From NCBI RefSeq assembly GCF_009914755.1, contig NC_060928.1: DNA of 64,000 nt; one strand, written 5' to 3'. Made by a program: the position numbers and the translations under genes. Numbering within the stretch: the first letter of the stretch is position 1; every line of letters starts with the position of its first letter. Of the stretch, positions 60,100 to 64,000 are shown piece after piece. A model generated the notes under the pieces. It worked only from the letters and a program-made list of their open reading frames with translations, ran no database searches and had not been told where the DNA came from. Source of the stretch: the human T2T-CHM13v2.0 reference genome, Homo sapiens.

Positions 60100-60272
60100 C
60101 CCTTTAAAAATATGGGACTCCCAATTAACTTTGCATTTCAGATAAATGAGAATTTTTAAATGGTATAAGCTATGTTTCAAATATTGCTTGAGACACACTT
60201 ATACTAAGAAATTATTTGTTGTTTGTGCTAAGTTCAAATTTCACTGGAGTCCTGCATTTTAACTGGCAACCT
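60100..60272. mobile_element. MER53 hAT MITE (palindromic)
   Basis: tttcagataaatg...caaatattgcttgagacacacttatacta...ttcaaatttcactggagtcctgcattttaactggcaacc. Confidence 0.75.
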
Positions 60273-60422
60273 CATCACAGAATGGTACCTCCTGTCACAT
60301 TTATCACCAGAGACAACCATTTAGATCTCTGTTACCTGATGGCATTTGAGAAATAGCCATTCTTCCTATAACTTATTCTTATCTTCATCTTGCCTTTCTG
60401 TCTCCTTGGGGTAAGATTATCC

Positions 60423-60550
60423 TCAGGTGACCTTACATCTTGTTTTGTGTGGGACAGTCTGATTTTATTTCTGTTGTCTTGACATAATTGCTAACAACCG
60501 TTTCACTTTCAGAAGTGTCTCAGTTTAGATGATAAATTATATGGTTACTG
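60423..60550 (-). mobile_element. MER94 (hAT-Blackjack) MITE
   Basis: ggtgacc...gggacagtc...agtgtctcagtttagatgataaattatatggttac. Confidence 0.7.
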
Positions 60551-62194
60551 ATGCCTCATTCCATCTTTGATTTTCTCCCAACCCTATTAGTAAGTAAATT
60601 TTCAGGTTTATTTATTTATTTATTTATCTCTCATAGCCACACTCTAATCTCCAGGAGATGCCAACATTTTGACTAACCCTTATTTCACTCCCACGAAGCA
60701 CTGGGTCATACCATGCTGCTGAAGCTAATGTAGGCACACACACAAATGTCTCCTGAAAAAACAATATTAGTGACAGTACTTCCTGAACTTGTTACCATGT
60801 GTAAAGAGAAAGAGAGACTGAGCCAATATTATTAAATTCAGTAAATATAAGTGATTAATAGATAAGTCAGGTGAAAAATATGCAAGTGTCATTTGTTTGA
60901 AAGTAGGTAATTTACACTTTAAAAAAACATAGTGAGGATGATGTCTGTATATGATACATAGGAAACTTTAATTAAACTGCAATTTTTGAGTGTGCAGAAG
61001 TAAAATAATTTTTTTATATTGCCTAAGGTCACAATTTACATTTCATAGTGTCTATCAAACACAATTCTTATACCAAACAAAATTACTCAATAAGGTTGCA
61101 GCTTTTTGGTGTGAAATGTCAAATTACTTTAATGACTGATTTTCACCTTGATTTATCCATTTATGTTTTATATTTAGCTGTATGTATGTTTGGGAGGGAT
61201 CTTAAGCACATAGCCTTTATATGATCACCCATAACAATATAAATAAGATCAGTGGTCTGCTGAGTCAAAACCACTTATTCTTTCCTTTATAAGCATCACA
61301 TAAATATAGACAGGTCCCTTCAGAAACCAAAATAACTGTCTCTAGCTTTTAATAAAATAAACAAGGACACAGTAATAAAATATTTTTTAAACACACATTG
61401 ATTTTATGTAAGCTAAAATATGAAGTGTTCAAAACAGAAGGAAAAAGAGCATTTCTCAGTAAGAATTAACATTGTAAGAATATTTGTTTCTAAGTGTGTC
61501 TTTAACTTAAAGATTAAAAAGTTATTTAGAATTTACTAGAGGAAAACAAATGTCATTTTATTTTCTTTATGTTAACTCATCTGAGACAAATAAATATAAT
61601 ACATTATTACATATTATCAACCATGATTGGATTTTATTTTTAGATAGTAAAATAATATGTCGTCTTATTAAATTTAGATCAAAGGCTCTTTGGGAAAGCT
61701 TAATTTGAGATATTGTTGCTAATTTCATCAGTATTTTAATGGCCTCCAAGGAAAATTGTGAATGTTTTATGAGTATTTAGAAGTAATGTAGATATTCCAA
61801 GGAGGAAAAATGGAAATAAAAAGAAAAGCGTGTAATGTCATAATTACTTCATTAGTGTGGAGAAGACATTAGCAAGAAAATTCCAGGTCAACTTAAAATG
61901 GTCTTATGGGGAGCAGACATTTTAATGACCATCACAAGAGGGTTGTCCTGTCCCAAACCAAAGCCTGTGTCAGATTCCATAAATAGATTAGAAAGCAAAT
62001 AGCACTTTGGTTTACAGTAAAATGAGGATGTGTGAAAATGTTTCTTTGCAAATTCGCTTTTGATAATCACGATATAGCACGCATAATTTACTAAAAGAAA
62101 ATGTAGAAATATTTAAGTAACATAATCAGAAATACAATTGTGTTGTTTTTCTTACATGGAATAAAAATATTTATTCCGATTAAATTATCTGGAT

Positions 62195-62409
62195 CAGGAG
62201 TTAACCAACTAGGCCTGCAGGTCAAATCTGACAGCCACCTGTTTTTGCAAATAGTTTCTTTGGAAAAAAACCTCGCTCATTCATCTAGGTATTTTCTATG
62301 GTTGCATCTGTGGTACAGTGTCAGCTGAGTACTAGTGACAGACTGTATGGCCTGCAAAGCCTAAAATATTTATTTTATGGTCTTTACAGAAAAAATTTGT
62401 CAATATCTA
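62195..62409 (+). mobile_element. MER58A (hAT-Charlie) MITE
   Basis: ggcctgcaggtcaaatctg...cctgtttttgcaaatag...gactgtatggcctgcaaagcctaaaatattta...tttacagaaaaa. Confidence 0.85.
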
Positions 62410-62501
62410 ACTAGATGATTGTTTTAATTATTCAATTATCTAGACCTAATCCTACTACCAACCCTCAGTGTAGCTGAGTCATTAAAATATTAATTACCAT
62501 C

Positions 62502-62528
62502 AAATTTTATGGCATTGCCATAAAATTT
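62502..62528. repeat. Perfect inverted repeat, 13-bp arms, 1-nt spacer
   Basis: aaattttatggca-T-tgccataaaattt. Confidence 0.95.
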
Positions 62529-62709
62529 TATTTATTTAGATGTTCATATGTGTTAATTTATGAAAATGCTTATTAAGGACCTGGAGTGTTCACTTTACAT
62601 GATACAGTGAATTCAAAGATTTAAACACTCTGGTCCTTGACTTTAAGCTCTCATGAGATACTAGGGGGGGACTGTCTCAGGCTGCAATTTAGACATATCA
62701 TTGCAATAT

Positions 62710-64000
62710 GTGCGTTTATTCATTTATCAGATGTTTCAGAGCAAGTGAAAATTATTAGGTGCTGGTGCATATGCTTGTATGGTGAAAATAGATATACTAC
62801 TTGTTCTCATTAAATTTATGAAATAGCTATGTCAAAAGGGAAGAATAAATACTTACAAATTGTGACAAATACTATGAAAGAAGTGAATAAATTTCAGTGA
62901 TGGAGATTAATGCAAAAGGACAGTTTTTCACAGCATAGTTAAGGGAAAGCCTCATCGAGAAGGTGTTTCAGTTATTTGTTGCCACATATGAGCCATCTTA
63001 TAACTTGGTAGCTTAAAATAACCATAATTATTTATTTTCTTCACAAGTCTGCAATTTTGGCAGGGCTTGGCAAGGGCAGATCCTCTCTACTCCATGTGGC
63101 ATCACCTAGAATGGCTCTATGGGCTGGAGAATCCTCTTACATGTTGGCTCACTCACATGGCTGGCCAGGTTGATTTGGTGGTCACCTGGGAGCTTGGCCA
63201 TAGTTGTGGCTTGGTCACTGGTGCACCTCCAGGTGAGCTTCTTCAGGCTACTTGCAGTTCCTCACAGCATGGTGCCTGGGTTGCAAGAGTGAGTGATCCA
63301 AGATAACTAGGCAGAACCTGTATTGCTTTTTATGATCCAGCCTCAGAAATTGCATAATATCATCATTTACTTTGTAGTAATTAGTCCATCTAGATTTAAG
63401 GGGAAAGAGCATAGATGCCTTACCTCTCGATGGGAGGAATCTCAAAGTCTTATTGTAAGAAGACCATGTTATTAGGATATACTGCTGTAGCCCTCTTTGT
63501 AAAGTACATTTTGCAAAAAAATGCAATAATTTGTACAATTATACTAAGGCCTGAAGGATAAGAAGTCAGATCTACCAGTAATGTGAAGGATATTTTTCTA
63601 AACAGAGCTAACATCAAATGTGAAAACACTGCAGCAAGAAAGAGATTGGCATGTTTGAGAAACCTGGAGGAGACCAGTGCAGTCAGCAAGGGGAAAATTG
63701 ATTAATGTTTAGTTTGCAGAGCTGGGAAGTATTTGATCATACTGGGCCCTTTAGGGCAAGGTATTGCTTTCAAATTTTATTCTCTAAGTGTTATAAGAAG
63801 TTTTTGAAAGGTTTAATGCATGACGGGAATATCACTTAATTTATATTTCTAAAGATCATCCTGACTTTAGTGTGGAGAATGGATAGGAGGGGTTCAATGT
63901 TAGGAGCAGAGAGATTGGTTAGAAGGCTATTGCAGTAATTCCAGTGAGTCATGATTTTGTCTTAAAACAGAGTAATTGTGGAAATGAATACAGAGAAAAT
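62710..64000 (-). mobile_element. L2 (split by an MLT1 LTR; runs off the window)
   Basis: tttattcatttatc...agggaaagcctc | gcctgaaggataagaag...ttttattctctaagtg...gaaggctattgcagtaattccagtgag. Confidence 0.75.
62963..63537 (-). mobile_element. MLT1H-like MaLR LTR
   Basis: gcttaaaataacc...gtctgcaattttggcagggcttggc...ggctcactcacatggctggc...ttcctcacagcatgg. Confidence 0.8.

Overview
Primate (very likely human or ape) genomic DNA, AT-rich, CpG-depleted, intergenic or deep-intronic. I can support no cellular protein-coding gene, rRNA, tRNA or CRISPR array. The ORF track is explained by decayed transposon ORFs (L1, Tigger1, ERVL pol, CR1) and by chance or antisense ORFs in Alu/L1. Much of the window is recognisable repeats: a near-full-length L1PA-type LINE (+, 7958-14250), a full-length L1PB-type LINE (-, 31363-38315), a near-complete Tigger1, an ERVL internal pol remnant, about 12 Alu/FLAM copies, many solo LTRs (including a three-level nest and an LTR30-like LTR inside an Alu), and MIR/L2/CR1 and hAT/Tigger MITE fragments. 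Subfamily names come from my recollection of consensus sequences, not from a search. The signals these repeats do not explain are small. They are a perfect 23-bp-arm palindrome (28112-28159), an insertion made of snap-back hairpins inside an Alu (43962-44013), a cluster of six C/EBP-ATF (CARE/AARE)-type motifs (30763-30974), an E2F6/E-box composite in the LTR30-like promoter, a CDX/HOX-motif palindrome (62502-62528), and a few exon-like segments. I do not see evidence for a new multi-gene system.
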